A stretch of DNA of 59,731 nucleotides, the filler included, from Sphacelaria rigidula (lineage: Eukaryota): NCBI GenBank assembly GCA_964200075.2. It is 7 parts of 7 records of this genome, joined end to end, with 100 filler letters (N's around TTAATTAATTAA, not from the genome) between each part and the next. Parts side by side here need not be neighbours in the genome. Positions count along the whole stretch, not along the records: positions 17,098 to 25,545 come from CAXNAA020011101.1; positions 25,646 to 34,092 come from CAXNAA020011102.1; positions 34,193 to 42,639 come from CAXNAA020011103.1; 4 more parts are not named here. The stretch is one strand, 5' to 3'. The notes under the pieces are model-generated. The model did no database searches. It was not told the origin of the DNA and saw nothing but the letters and a program-made list of their open reading frames with translations. Made by a program: the position numbers and the translations under genes. The stretch's first letter is position 1; the number at the start of each line of letters is the position of its first letter. This document shows positions 23,651-35,398 of the stretch, in pieces.

Positions 23651-24676
23651 CCCATTAGGCCCACTCTTATCAGTAGAGTTTGCCGGCGTTGGGCTACAAA
23701 TGTTCATGGTTGATATTACTTGATTTGAATGTGTACAACGAGAATCAAATGTCTAGTAGGGCTGACAGTCCCGTGTGCTCCTCGCGTGCGCAGAGCGCGT
23801 TTTCGTTGAAATCGACGCTACAGGCGCCGATTTGGGATCTACCAACGCCGCACTTTGCCTGCGTAGGAAATGTATGTACCACCCGTGCCTGAGGGTTCTC
23901 GGTATGCGTTGGGTTAGGGTTAGGGTTAGGGCTGGAGATGGTTGTAAAATTGTGTCAACCATGAACATTTATAGCCCAACGCGGGTAACAACTGGCCTTG
24001 TTATTCTCGACACTGTTTTTCGGAGATCTCCGAAGCTTCCGGGACTGGCAAGGTGTCTGATGGCTCTCGAACTCTTGAACCCTTGCGAGCGCCACGGCGT
24101 ATACACACGACAGCTCTCCGAAGTGCTGCATCACAGTCCTTTTTTTTTCAGTCTTTTTTTTTCGGGCTTCTCCAAAAATGAGACTTCGAAAGAAAAAACC
24201 AAACCGATTTGTTTTCGGAGAAGTCTAAAGGCAAAGAGTCCGAAAAATCTGAAAGCTTGTGAGTGCCACAGCATACACACGGGGCAACTATTCGAAGTGC
24301 TGGGTTGTACTGTTGTAGTCGTGAACTTTCAGATTTGCCCAAAAACGAAGGTTCGGAGAACAAAATCAAGCCTCGTCATCGTCGGAGAAGCCCGAACGCA
24401 GAGTCCGACATGTCTGAAAAAAGTTGGAGGTCTCCGAAAGAGTAGTGTCGATAAAGTTTCGGAAATTGTCTTTTTTGTCATTTCAGAGTGCAGATATCTC
24501 AAGATCAGGGTGTAGCGAAAAAAAAATTCCCCTCCGTCAAATGTGGTATCCCCTTCACTTTTTTTCGATGAGGTGTTTTCTTTTTATTCTGAGCTCTTAT
24601 CCCGACATGTTTGCACTCTGAAATGACAAAAGAAACCCTTTTCCGAAACTCTCTAGTGATAATGGACCTTAATGGG
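23651..24676. mobile_element. Probable ~1-kb decayed TIR element containing (TTAGGG)3 (23909-23931) and a foldback (24453-24650)
   Basis: cccattaggcccactcttatcagtagagttt resembles the reverse complement cccattaaggtccattatcactagagagttt. Inner ttttgtcatttcagagtgca / tgcactctgaaatgacaaaa. Confidence 0.5.
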
Positions 24677-25259
24677 TGTTCTGCGAATGACGGGACTATC
24701 GGCGCACGGAAACGAATTTTGAATTAAGCCTTCGAACGCCCATGCTCACTGTTACGAGATTTCGTTTTGCTGACTGTCCCGCGAGTGTGTAGAGGAAGGT
24801 TTTGTAGGCGTAGCCGCCGCGCACTAGTGATCCAAGTGGCAACATCAATAGCCAGTGTACCGCATGTCTTCACCCAAAGATTGCTCCACATCTAGCCACG
24901 CGAGATTTGGGGGCATAGCAACTAACAGCTGCCAAACCATGGTAGTCGGTCCAAGCGGTTCGAACGCTGACCATCAAACTTCGTGTTTCCCTCAATTTTT
25001 GAGGTGTCTATCGGTGGGATCTTTCAAAGGCGGCTGTGAAAATCGAAAGCAATCTTGATCTGCTCTTCAGACCAGCGGGCCAATCACACCACTCAAAATA
25101 AGTTTCGATTTCGATTTTTATGGGTTTGTTTTTGCTGTAGTAGAACATGCCCTCAGTCGAGGGAAGTTCAAGGTTACGGGTTCGAATCCCGAAAAATGTA
25201 TCATGAGCAGAATCTGGTTTCCGTCGGTAATGACGTAAGGACGGGGGGGGGGAAGAAAC

Positions 25260-25438
25260 CTAGGACCCGTCCTAAAGAGGCCTAAACGAGAGACGAAGAG
25301 CAAAGTGAACGTCTAACAGCAGGATGTTGACTGGTCATCCCGCCGCGTGTAGTCGCGGCGACCAATCAACATGCCGCTTTTTGGGCCTTCGCTCTGCTCT
25401 ATTTTTTTTTTCGGTCCCGTTTTAAGACGGACCCTTAG
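25260..25438. repeat. ~180-nt imperfect hairpin
   Basis: atgttgactggtc..cgccgcg-tgtagt-cgcggcgaccaatcaacat core, with outer pairing gagcaaagtgaa / ttcgctctgctc and ccgtcctaaa / tttaagacgg. Confidence 0.65.
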
Positions 25439-25761
25439 ACGAGTCGGCGCGATGTCAGAATGCTGATGCAGTCCTCAGCAGCACAATATCACGTACGACT
25501 GGGGGGGGGGGGGGCGTACGCATTTTTTTCTTGCCTTACTCACCTNNNNNNNNNNNNNNNNNNNNNNNNNNNNNNNNNNNNNNNNNNNNTTAATTAATTA
25601 ANNNNNNNNNNNNNNNNNNNNNNNNNNNNNNNNNNNNNNNNNNNNCCCCCACCCACCCCCATCCAAAAAGGAGATCGGGAACAAGCAAAAAATCAAAACG
25701 ACAAACAAAAAAGACACGCCCCCCCCCCCCCCCCCCTCCCACGCAAAACAAAACCCTACAG

Positions 25762-26565
25762 GAGGTAGCAGCGTCCCCAATATTCGTACATCCCACCCAA
25801 AACTTTAGCGTGGTTCGCTTCGATCCCTCCACGGTGAAGGGAGCCTTTGATGAGGTGGTTCTCTCTGCCCGAGAGACGGACACCCCCGAGACCCACGAGC
25901 CCCCGAGAGCGACACGCTCGCCCCTACCATCGCCGCCACCATCGCCAGAACAACCGTCGTCGTCGTCATCGCCATCGACATCGCCACCATCATCTTTGTC
26001 ATCGCCATCGTGGTTATCCATTTTGTCATCCTCGTCACCGGTGACATCGTCACTGTGTTCAGGACACGTGTCCAACGGACACGTCGGTGCTCCCGCTGGC
26101 TCATCTTCTTCTGCTGTTGATTCTGCCGCTGCTGATGCTCGGAGCGACGGCGTCAAGTACGACGAAAGGAAATCAGTTTCCCCGCAACATTGCGTCGAGA
26201 CGCTGCCCCGCAACACTGTCTTGACCACTCCGATTAGCGCTCCTGTTTCAACCTCGGTCGCCAATGAGGATGGAAATCCCTCGCCACCGCCGTCTGGGAG
26301 TGTGAACACCATAGCCTGCCCGGCGAACGCGACACCAACGGCTGCGGTGGTGGCAGAGGCACGGGAGTCGAGGGCGGCGGCTTCGGCCGCGAGTGGGGCG
26401 GGCGACGGGCTTGATCCGCCTCCTCTGCGTCCCGGTGATGCCGCGGAATTCCACGGTTTGACCTCGGCCAATGCCCCCGTGAGGCAGAGAACCGTGGCTG
26501 TGAAGCTGGAGAGGCTGTCGCTTGCTTCTTCTTCTCACCCGCAGTTCACCGCGCACAGCGTCGAG
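25762..26565 (+). CDS. NMA111: DEG7/Nma111-type HtrA serine protease, internal exon (second protease-like domain)
   Basis: Acceptor ctacag|, 804 nt phase 0-0. IFVHPTQNFSVVRFDP and LRPGD..FHGL....PQFTAHSVE match the FxHPxHN, L..GD.V..GL and PRYRAxNxE motifs of DEG7/Nma111. Confidence 0.8.
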
Positions 26566-26912
26566 GTGCGAGATTGAGGGGTAGTTGTTGGGTGATGGTC
26601 GGACAGAGAAACAAACAGGTGGATGGGTGTACGGATGTGATGGTTGGTCAACTGGTTGGTTGATTGAACAATTGATTCATCAGTAAATTGATTTGTTGAT
26701 TCATTCGTTGATTGACCTGTTGATGGGTTGGTTGATGAGTTGAGAGGTTGAATGGATTGATTGACCGACCGACACGGGCCCGTCAATAGGCGCACTGAAT
26801 GATACCACTGGACTTGGACGATAATTGGTAGGTGGATCGATATTTGCTCCGTCGAGTGCACGATGAATTTGCCTTGTGGTTTTCCCCTTGTCGTTTTTGA
26901 AACATCCTCCAG

Positions 26913-28292
26913 GTGTTGCAGTTCGAGCATATAGCGAGCTGCCTGGGTGGTGTTTTCGTGGCACTGCCCCGGGACGACGACAGCGACAACAGTAATATCG
27001 CCTGGCCGGTGGACGGAGCAAGACCAAAAGTCAAGACCGCTACAGCGCCGTCGTCTTCGTCATCACCGTCGTCATCATCTGCCTTCCTATACCGTCCGAT
27101 CGTGTCGGCATTCTGGCATTCCTTCAGCTACTCAGATTCGGACGGGCGGAAGCAGATCATGCGTGGCCTACCGGCGCCCGTGGTGCGGCGATCGATAGAC
27201 CGCATCCGCCGCGATCTTTACAGAAGAAGGTCCGAAAAATATGCAGCAGAGGCGGCGGCGGCAGCGACCGCCGCCGGTAGTGGCGGCAAGGAAGAAGCAA
27301 ATGGCGCAGGACCAGCGGAGCTGCGAGCGGAGACACAACGGGCGCAGGAGTCGGTAGAATCATCTAGTCGCGGTGGGACTGCTGCGTCATTGGAAGCGGT
27401 TGTAGCGGTATCGAGAGACCAAGAAGAGGTGGAGCCGGAGGGAGAGCGGAGACGGGGTAGTGACGAAGGTTGTGCTGTAGATGCGCCAGGATCTGTGGCG
27501 GTTCGCAGTGGTGTAGATGAACGGACCGAACTCAAAGCGCGTGTAGAGGGAGGAGGAGAAGGAGAGGGTAAGGACGTGAAGGTGAAGGAGCGGGGTGAAC
27601 TCAGTGGTGGTGTTGGAGACATTGGAGGCAACAGCGCGGGTTCGCAGCTGCGTGCGCCGCTTTCGACCGTTCCTTACTTGTCAAATGATGTTGGGGCGGA
27701 AGAAGCGGGCGGGGGCTGTCGTGATGATGCTAGTGGTGATAGTGACGTCCAGTCGAATGGCGCACCGTTGTCACCGACGCCTTCACCAGCGCTGGCTCCC
27801 ACGGGAGATGCGAGCCAGCTGTCTGAATCCCTTCCTCCGGAGAAAAATGAAGCCAGCCATACCGACCAGCTAGAAGCGGCTGCTCCTGACTCACTTGTGC
27901 CGCCGGATGGCAGCGCCGATGATGGCGACACCAACGATAGCAGCGGGACTGGCACTAACAGCAGGGACAAGGCCTGCTGCATCGGCAACAGCGAGAGCGA
28001 CGGTGCTGTTCTGGTTAGTAGAAGCGCCGGGGTAGAGATGGTCAACGATGAGAAAACAGTCGGTCAGGCTTTGCATACCAAGTCCACGACATTACCTACA
28101 ACCGCCGAGAGTAGCTTAACGAGGACAGGGCTAGAGGTATCGTTGGAGGGGGCCATCAACTACCTCGGAGCGGCGCCTGCCCTCCCGCTGCAGCTTGTGA
28201 CGGTTCAACTCAGCAAGGCGAGGGCCGGTCTCGGGCTGAGTGAGGCGTGGTCAAAGAGGGTGGAGAAAAAGTGCGGCGAGCGACAAAAGCAG
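26913..28292 (+). CDS. NMA111: DEG7/Nma111-type protease, internal exon
   Basis: Acceptor ctccag|, 1380 nt phase 0-0. GGVFV...VSAFWHSFS...MRGLP and LSKARAGLGLSEAW...RQKQ (cf. LSKARSFGLSDEW). Donor CAG|gtgtgc. Confidence 0.85.
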
Positions 28293-29013
28293 GTGTGCGT
28301 GCCTGGTGTGCTTCATGAGGGCGTGTCAACGTGCTTCGTGTTGGCTTCTGTTGATTTTCGTGTTTTTGTATGTATGTTTCATGATTTGGTTCAGTTGAGC
28401 TATTGTATTTCATGCGATGTGTGTATAGTTCATGCGATGTATGTGTGTAGTTCATGCGATGCGTGCGTGTTGAAGTGTTGAATTAGGGGGTCAAGTTTGG
28501 GTGTTCGAACAACTTGTGTGTGTGTGTTTATCTTTTCTTGAAAACAAATGACCGTGCGTGTGTGTGTTGGATATCTTGTGTTTTTAGTGCACAATACGCA
28601 TGGAGGCATTGTTCAAGTAGGATGGATGTTTTTGGTTGTTGTGACTGTTACTGGTGTAATATATGCATTCTCCACCTCCACCTCCCATGTCTCCCCGACC
28701 CCCTCAATGGAGGGCGCGCGATGTACGGTCAACGCAGAATTGCACTGTGCAATTTTCTGTTGCATTCGTGAGTATTGGTTCAGCTTTGCTTCGCTCGGCG
28801 TGACTGCTAAAATACGTTGCTTCGTTTTGCTTCGATTGGATTTCTAGCTTTTTTCGCGTTTCTTACTCCGTGGACCTGTTCTCGGAATTGTTCCGTTCCG
28901 TTCCTTTTTTCGACTTGTCAGCCCGTCCCCTTCCTCGCGTCGAGGTCGCGATCTCAAGATATCAGCCCCACTTCTCTCTCGCTTACTACTATCTTAACTT
29001 TTTCGGTTGAAAG

Positions 29014-29118
29014 GTACTCGAAGTTCGGCGGTGCATGGCGGGCACACCAGCGTTCGGAGTGATTGAGACAGGTGACATTATTCTTGCGGTGGAGGGTCAA
29101 GTGGTTACAAGATTTACG
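29014..29118 (+). CDS. NMA111: DEG7/Nma111-type protease, PDZ exon
   Basis: aag|VLEVRRCMAGTPAFGVIETGDIILAVEGQVVTRFT|gtgaga, 105 nt phase 0-0. Missed by the ORF track. Confidence 0.85.
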
Positions 29119-30005
29119 GTGAGATATCGGATTTGGATGATAGCCACGCGTTGACTGATAACCCAAGAAATCCGGCCGCTGTCACATGGTAGATGTATCT
29201 TGCCCAAGACGTACAAAACGGGAGCACTCGCTGAAGGAACGTGGAGAGCAAACAGGGTGAATTGAGAAACGAAAAACGAAGCAACACAAGAAACGAAGGG
29301 GAAACATGGAGGAAAGAAGTATGCCGCGATTGCGCCCCCCTCCCCCCCCCCCTTCCCCCACGGAATTGTAGCTCGTTTGAGGAAGCAAAATACACACTTA
29401 TTAAAAATGACGAAAGTCGAACACACGGAGTAGCTGAGAATTTCCACGTTCGCGATCGTTTTCGCCAATGTTGCCCATGTGGCGCGCTTCATGCGGTCTG
29501 AAACCAGCCGCCGTGCCCTGCGTGGTCATTTTCGCCGTGGTGGTTGTGGGGCTGGTTTGAGGGGAGGTTGTCGCGTCATCATTCATAAGGACGTTTGAAA
29601 CATAAAATAGAACCAATGCGAGAAGTCCGACAGATATCAACTCTCAAGGGCCCAAGGAACCAAACAACCAGAGTAACGGAGAAACAAAGTGATCTGTGTG
29701 CGTGATGCCCGTTTCGTAGTACCAAGGAGGGAAACTTCACTAAGAGCAGACGCAATGAGACGAACATAACGGAAAAAAGCTCAGTGAAAACAGAAGAAGA
29801 GGTGGTGAGTGGTCGGGTACTGTGTTTTGTCATGATGCGATTGTAAGACGCATTTTTACAGTGCAACAAAGTTATTTGAACGTCCCGGAAAATGTTGAGA
29901 TGAACGCAAAATGAGGATATAGATTTTGTCACGAGCGGTGCCGCTTTTTTTTCACAGTGATTTTTTTTTTTTTTTTTACGATGACGGCGGTGTTGATGTG
30001 AACAG

Positions 30006-30089
30006 GAAGTGGAGAGGGCCACTGAGGCGATGCATGGGGAGCCGGTGCGCCTCACGGTGTTGAGACAGAATCAGGAGAAAGAGGTTTCG
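30006..30089 (+). CDS. NMA111: DEG7/Nma111-type protease, PDZ exon
   Basis: aacag|EVERATEAMHGEPVRLTVLRQNQEKEVS|gtgagt, 84 nt phase 0-0. The gene continues beyond what is visible. Confidence 0.85.
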
Positions 30090-32275
30090 GTGAGTAGGTG
30101 CATCAGCTCGCTCGCTTTGTTTCCAACTAGACATTTGTACCTGATGACGAGTGACAACCGTACGATCAGGGATGGATGTTCCGAGCCACTTCTTCCACGA
30201 AGGAGCCACTTTGAAGCTTCGATAGAGGCAGCATGCTCATCCCACTGCTCAATAGTATATACATAGGATAGTTCGAACTCACGAGCGTGAACCATACTTT
30301 GTAACGAGGCGTCCACGATATTTATTGTTGATTTTAGTGTGCAAGTTCTTCCGCACCCGCCCCGAGAGATGACTGTTCGGGCCGATGCCAATACTAGGGG
30401 CCCGGTTAGCGGATTCGTGCTTTACCTTGTGCGGGGGTACACATGCGTTCACGATCGCTCGAACGGACGCGCGATCGCGGTGGTCCTGCAATGTTTGTGG
30501 CGGGCATGAACATTTCGAGAGAGAATCTATTCTCACGACGGCTTGGCAGGGCAAAGATACCGAGACCCTCGAAAACGACGGACGGGACCGGGGCGCAGCC
30601 CCGGGTCCCGTACGACTTGTAATATCAAAAGAATATTACACAATTACTCACACACACGCACTCCGACAAGAGCATAGGGCTCGTCAATGGTGTCACCGAT
30701 ATACAAGCATACGGCACTCCGGGACAAAATAATACATGGTCGAAAAGTGTACTGCGTACAGTATGGAAATATATTGTCTGTTGCAATAGACGCAATAGTC
30801 GATACGGTACGCAGTGCACATTCCGACAGTGTAATTAGTTGTCGAGGGTGTGAAGCACAAGGAGGTGTGTGGGATTGTGTAAGGTACCGATAAACTTGGT
30901 CGATTCGTGCAATCACTTCCCCCACCCTCGCCCACTTTCGTCATGATCACTGCTAACCCTGTTGGCCATATAGGCGCCGGATCCTAAACGGCCAACCCGG
31001 TCTCCCCCGGAAACTCTGGTTGTCGATACGTATCATGTTTCGCTCGTCGATTCATTGTGGAGCAAGAGGTTCCCCGTGGTGGCATGCCGACTAATCACTC
31101 GGGCCGGCGAATGTAGAGAGCTACAGAGGAGGGGGTGAAATGGTTGACATGCAATGACCAGCATGCTAACGAGTATCGATTGGTCATATATCTTTTCTTG
31201 ACTTCTTGAGCGCCAGGCGTCCTTTCGAAAGGGTCCCGCCGGCTGGCATCCAACGCTGGTAGACCCGACGCCGTAGCTGACATCATCCTCCCTGTATGCG
31301 AGCTCGTGCCTATTAGTATCACAGCGGGTATATTCCGCGGCCAAGCTCTGGTTCATGTGTAGGGTTGTATTCATCAAGTTTATTTGCAACCCAAGGGACC
31401 GAAGGCTCTTCCGCTGTGACTGGAAGACAGTTCGCGTGTAAAAGCACTAAACAGCACAGCTGTAGAGACGACCCCACATCGGGCTCGTGCTCTCTGGCGT
31501 TTACCCACGCGAGAACTTGTTAACATTCCTACCTTGCATCTTTTGTCCGCATAGCCCGATCTGCTAAGATTAGTTTGTTGCGCCACCCGATGCTCAAGTG
31601 GAAGCAATTTATAGCTAATACTACAGAGTGCGTGATATTCCTAGGGGCTTGACATGATTCAGGCCAGTTTGAGTGGATTCCGTGGTTTCATTTTGATTCG
31701 TCGGTGCTTGTCGCTCTTCAGCGTGAAGACGTGAGGAAACAAATCCATCACACGTCGGACGGCTCATGAGCTACCTATGCGCATGATCTAATCGAGAACT
31801 TTCCGATCCCTTGTCCAAGAACACAAGATCAGCGGGGTTCGAGAAGTCCAAGGGTGTAAACCCTCGAGGATTCGTCTGGAAATTACTTGATTTTAGTGTA
31901 ATTGATTCGTACCGTACGAATCAACCCGTAGGCTGTGCTTTCAGCGTTGCAACCCGGGCACGCGCATCACAGGCACGTGCAATGGCGCAAAAATTGCGTG
32001 GAGACCGCTTTGACCAGCGGTCAACGTTTTACGACCTGGTAGCTTTGTCTCTCCGCGGGGAACAATCATCAAATCTCGGAAATGGCGAACGAATGTTGTT
32101 TATGTTTTCCCCGTTGGTGTCGCACCCGAAGGTAGTAGTGTTTTCCCAAAAGAGAGCCTTTTGCGTGTATGGTTCTATATGTTTTGTGAACACAGTGCTT
32201 GTTCCTACAGCTCCTGGTGCGAAGAATACAGTCAACGTCACCCCCCCCCCCCCTACCCTTTGAACCTGAACTCAT

Positions 32276-32328
32276 CACGGCGCTTCGCGCTTGGCGGTTT
32301 GAGTGCGAGCCTGGTCCGGCGAAGACCC
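32276..32328 (+). repeat. Dispersed repeat; second direct copy at 34039-34092 (contig end)
   Basis: cacggcgcttcgcgcttgg...gcctggtccggcgaa in both copies. Confidence 0.8.
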
Positions 32329-32999
32329 GGCGTGCTCCGTCCCGGTTGTGTAGGGATGCGAGGTCCATGGTCTCATGACTACGGTACGGAGATCATGAGA
32401 ACACCTCTTGAGCCTCTTTGCTGTTTTAGCGAGAGGCTTTAAGGAATCTCGTTATTGTCGACTGGGGGTGAGGATTCCTTACTTGTTTTTCGTTCACCAT
32501 CGGTGGTGTTGGTATGTGTGGGCTTCCACGTCCATATTATGTTATCGAAAGAGATTTCGTTATAAGTTGTACCGCACTGAAAGTTGGGTCATTTTCCACA
32601 CTATTTCTGTGGCCCGCTCAATTTGGCGAGTACCTTTTATTTCTTGCGGTGGTGGATGGCTTCACGGGCGACGCGATTAGTCTTCCGCTTCCTCTTGTGC
32701 GAATTGTTTCATTTTACCGGCGTCCTCTGGACGTTTTTTTTTTTTTTTTTCTTTCTCCCGGCGTCCTCTGGACGTTTTTTTTTTTTTTCGCCTGCTTCGA
32801 ATTTATTGTGATGGTTGTCCCTCAACATCGGTTACCGCGAACTTACTTTTTACAAACCACAGGTTGTACCGTCATATCTACCAACACGCGAGACAGACCG
32901 ACTGTTCATGTGGGCTGGCTTGATGATACAGGCGCCTCATCTTGCCGTGCTCCAGCTAGGGTGAGAATACACGGTGAATTCCAGCCTTCTTATTTTCAC

Positions 33000-33075
<76 letters not shown>

Positions 33076-33076
33076 G
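33000..33076. repeat. (GTT)n microsatellite
   Basis: About 25 units; explains the poly-C/V/L ORFs. Confidence 0.95.
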
Positions 33077-34272
33077 ATAATGACGATAATTCTTTTCATC
33101 GCTTGTGCGTTTGCACGAGAAAACTCTTGCCGCACAGGGTCAAGAAAGCCATATCAGTCCGGTGATGTCTGCACCAACACAGCAGTGGATCCATGAGAAG
33201 GAGACAGAATTATACGCCAAAATCACCCCCGCCTCATTGCCGGTATTGTCGCCAATAGACAACTGCCCCTTGACGGCCACCTTCGTTTCTGAATATTATC
33301 TCCAGCTGACAGTTCAGAGGAACCGACGAGTAAAGGGCGTTCCCTTTCAGGCGAGGACGGGGGGCAGGGGCAGGGACAGGGGGCTCTCGTGATACATTTA
33401 ATTTGTGGGATGGTTCACTGTGTTCCACTGCTGATGGCCTGGTGTCGCACGTTGTGACGGTCAAGCTGTACTTGATCATTCCTGCAACGATCACTCAAAC
33501 TAAACGCACACGAGAAGGGCGGGATGTCTGCTCTCTGCCCGATTTTGCGACCTACCTGGCTCATCGTGCCTCGCGGAGATCGCCGCACACAGTTGTCGTT
33601 TAGCATAGAGCAGCTACAGAAGCAATTGTTCATGTGTCTTGAGCAATCGCCAAGTCGTTCCTCACGCACACGTTACAGAACAAAGTTTGATTGCACGTGG
33701 TGCTCATCATCTCGTACGCTATATTCCCAGTCATGAGTTACCTAGCGCGGGGGACGTGCGAGGAGGTTGGTGTGTCGGTATCATGTGTTGTTATTCGTGT
33801 CTGATATGTTTGTGCGAAACAGGGAATTGCAGCCGAATCCCCCCCCCCCGCCCCCCTACAGCGATGATGAGACACCCATGAGGCAGTGTATGAGCCGTGG
33901 CTGTCTCTGAAAGTGGCGATACCAGGAAATAAAGCAATGTATTGTAGGCTGCCATCCAAATGCAAGATAGTCAGTAGGCTTCGGCCCGAACAATCTTAGC
34001 AGGATGCAGCTCACCCTCCACGCGACTCGCCGAACAAACCACGGCGCTTCGCGCTTGGTGACTAAGTGCGTGTGCCTGGTCCGGCGAAAACCNNNNNNNN
34101 NNNNNNNNNNNNNNNNNNNNNNNNNNNNNNNNNNNNTTAATTAATTAANNNNNNNNNNNNNNNNNNNNNNNNNNNNNNNNNNNNNNNNNNNNGTTCACAG
34201 TGATATGCTTACATCGGATTCATTCAGGGAACTGGGGAAGCTGTGGTGTGAGCAACTTCTAGCAGCTTTCAA

Positions 34273-34581
34273 CCCTTGAGAGAGCAAGAGTAGTTCATAT
34301 GTTGAATCGACATCAATTTCACTCGAAAAAAGTATGTATGATCCAGATAGACTACCCTCGCGGTCTAAGGGTTAACCCTTGAACCGCGAGGGTAGTCCAC
34401 CCGAATCATATATACTTTTCTTCACTTGAAATTGATGCCGATTCAACAGAAGACTAACCTTGCGGTCTAGGGGTTAAGGGTTAACCCTAAGACCGCGAGA
34501 TTTTGTATTCCTGGATCATGCATTCTTTTTTTTCACTTGAAATTGATGCCGATTCAACAAAAGACTAACTTTGCGGTTCAA
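34273..34581. mobile_element. Three stacked ~100-bp piggyBac-like MITEs (34273-34371, 34376-34473, 34485-34581)
   Basis: CCCT..AGGG ends separated by TTAA. The first copy is inverted relative to the other two. The host repeat has an empty TTAA site at 39706-39709. Confidence 0.85.
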
Positions 34582-35398
34582 GCTGGCCCAGCTCGTACAT
34601 GTTTCTCACTTCCCTTGTTCTGCTGGCGCCAGGTGGTTGATACTCGGCTTACATGTCCGTCGGTGTTTATTTTCGCTGCCGTTCAACGATAGTGTTGCTG
34701 TTCAGTATATGCGTGATTCCCCGCACGTGATTGGGTCATAATTGCCACAACGCGCTGTAAATACTGTACTTTTGTTGTCTGTCAAGGTGTGCCAGTCGAG
34801 GAGGGGGGGGGGGTTGGTCTTACACAACCCATCTTTGTTTTTCGCGTTGATACACTTGATACTATGCTACACCCTCTTTATGGAGAAGTCGCGCGTCCAC
34901 TCGACGCCCTTTCTCTTCTGCCCCTAGGTCTACCTCCACACGTACCGGGGAAACGCGCAGGTGCTCTCGTACCGTGTCGACGATACAACACAGCAAGGCA
35001 TTCCAAATTTGTCGAAAATTCGCCCTTCTTTCATTCATGTTGGGAAAAACACGACGCAGAAGTTCCACAGATACAGTTGGCTATATTTTATTTTATTCTT
35101 GTTTCTCATGGTGAGTTGATATAGAAAATCCGCTGCCGGAGTGTGGTTGGGAAGGAACGTACAATGTCGGAGGGGAGGTCCGAGTCGGGAAAGCTCTCAA
35201 ACTTATGTTCCGGCGCGTGCGTGTGTCCCGATGAGACAAACTCCGAGAAGGTATGATTCGAGAAGCGCCTCCGCGTTTGTACCGAGCCACACAGGGAACC
35301 TAAGGAAGAGACAACGCCATGGTATATCTGTATGATGCAATTCGGTTTGTTTGTTGTTTGGGGTCTATCGGTACCGCCATGTCCGCCGTACCGTGCCT

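Noticed and set aside
25590-27631. Long minus-strand ORFs (293 aa, 137 aa)
   Set aside because: Antisense shadows of GC-rich protease exons.
22158-30089. PDZ exons of contig 3 and the PDZ protease of contig 4 as a single gene
   Set aside because: They are separated by an artificial linker. The first starts with its own ATG and PDZ domain, unlike DEG7/Nma111, so adjacency is meaningless.
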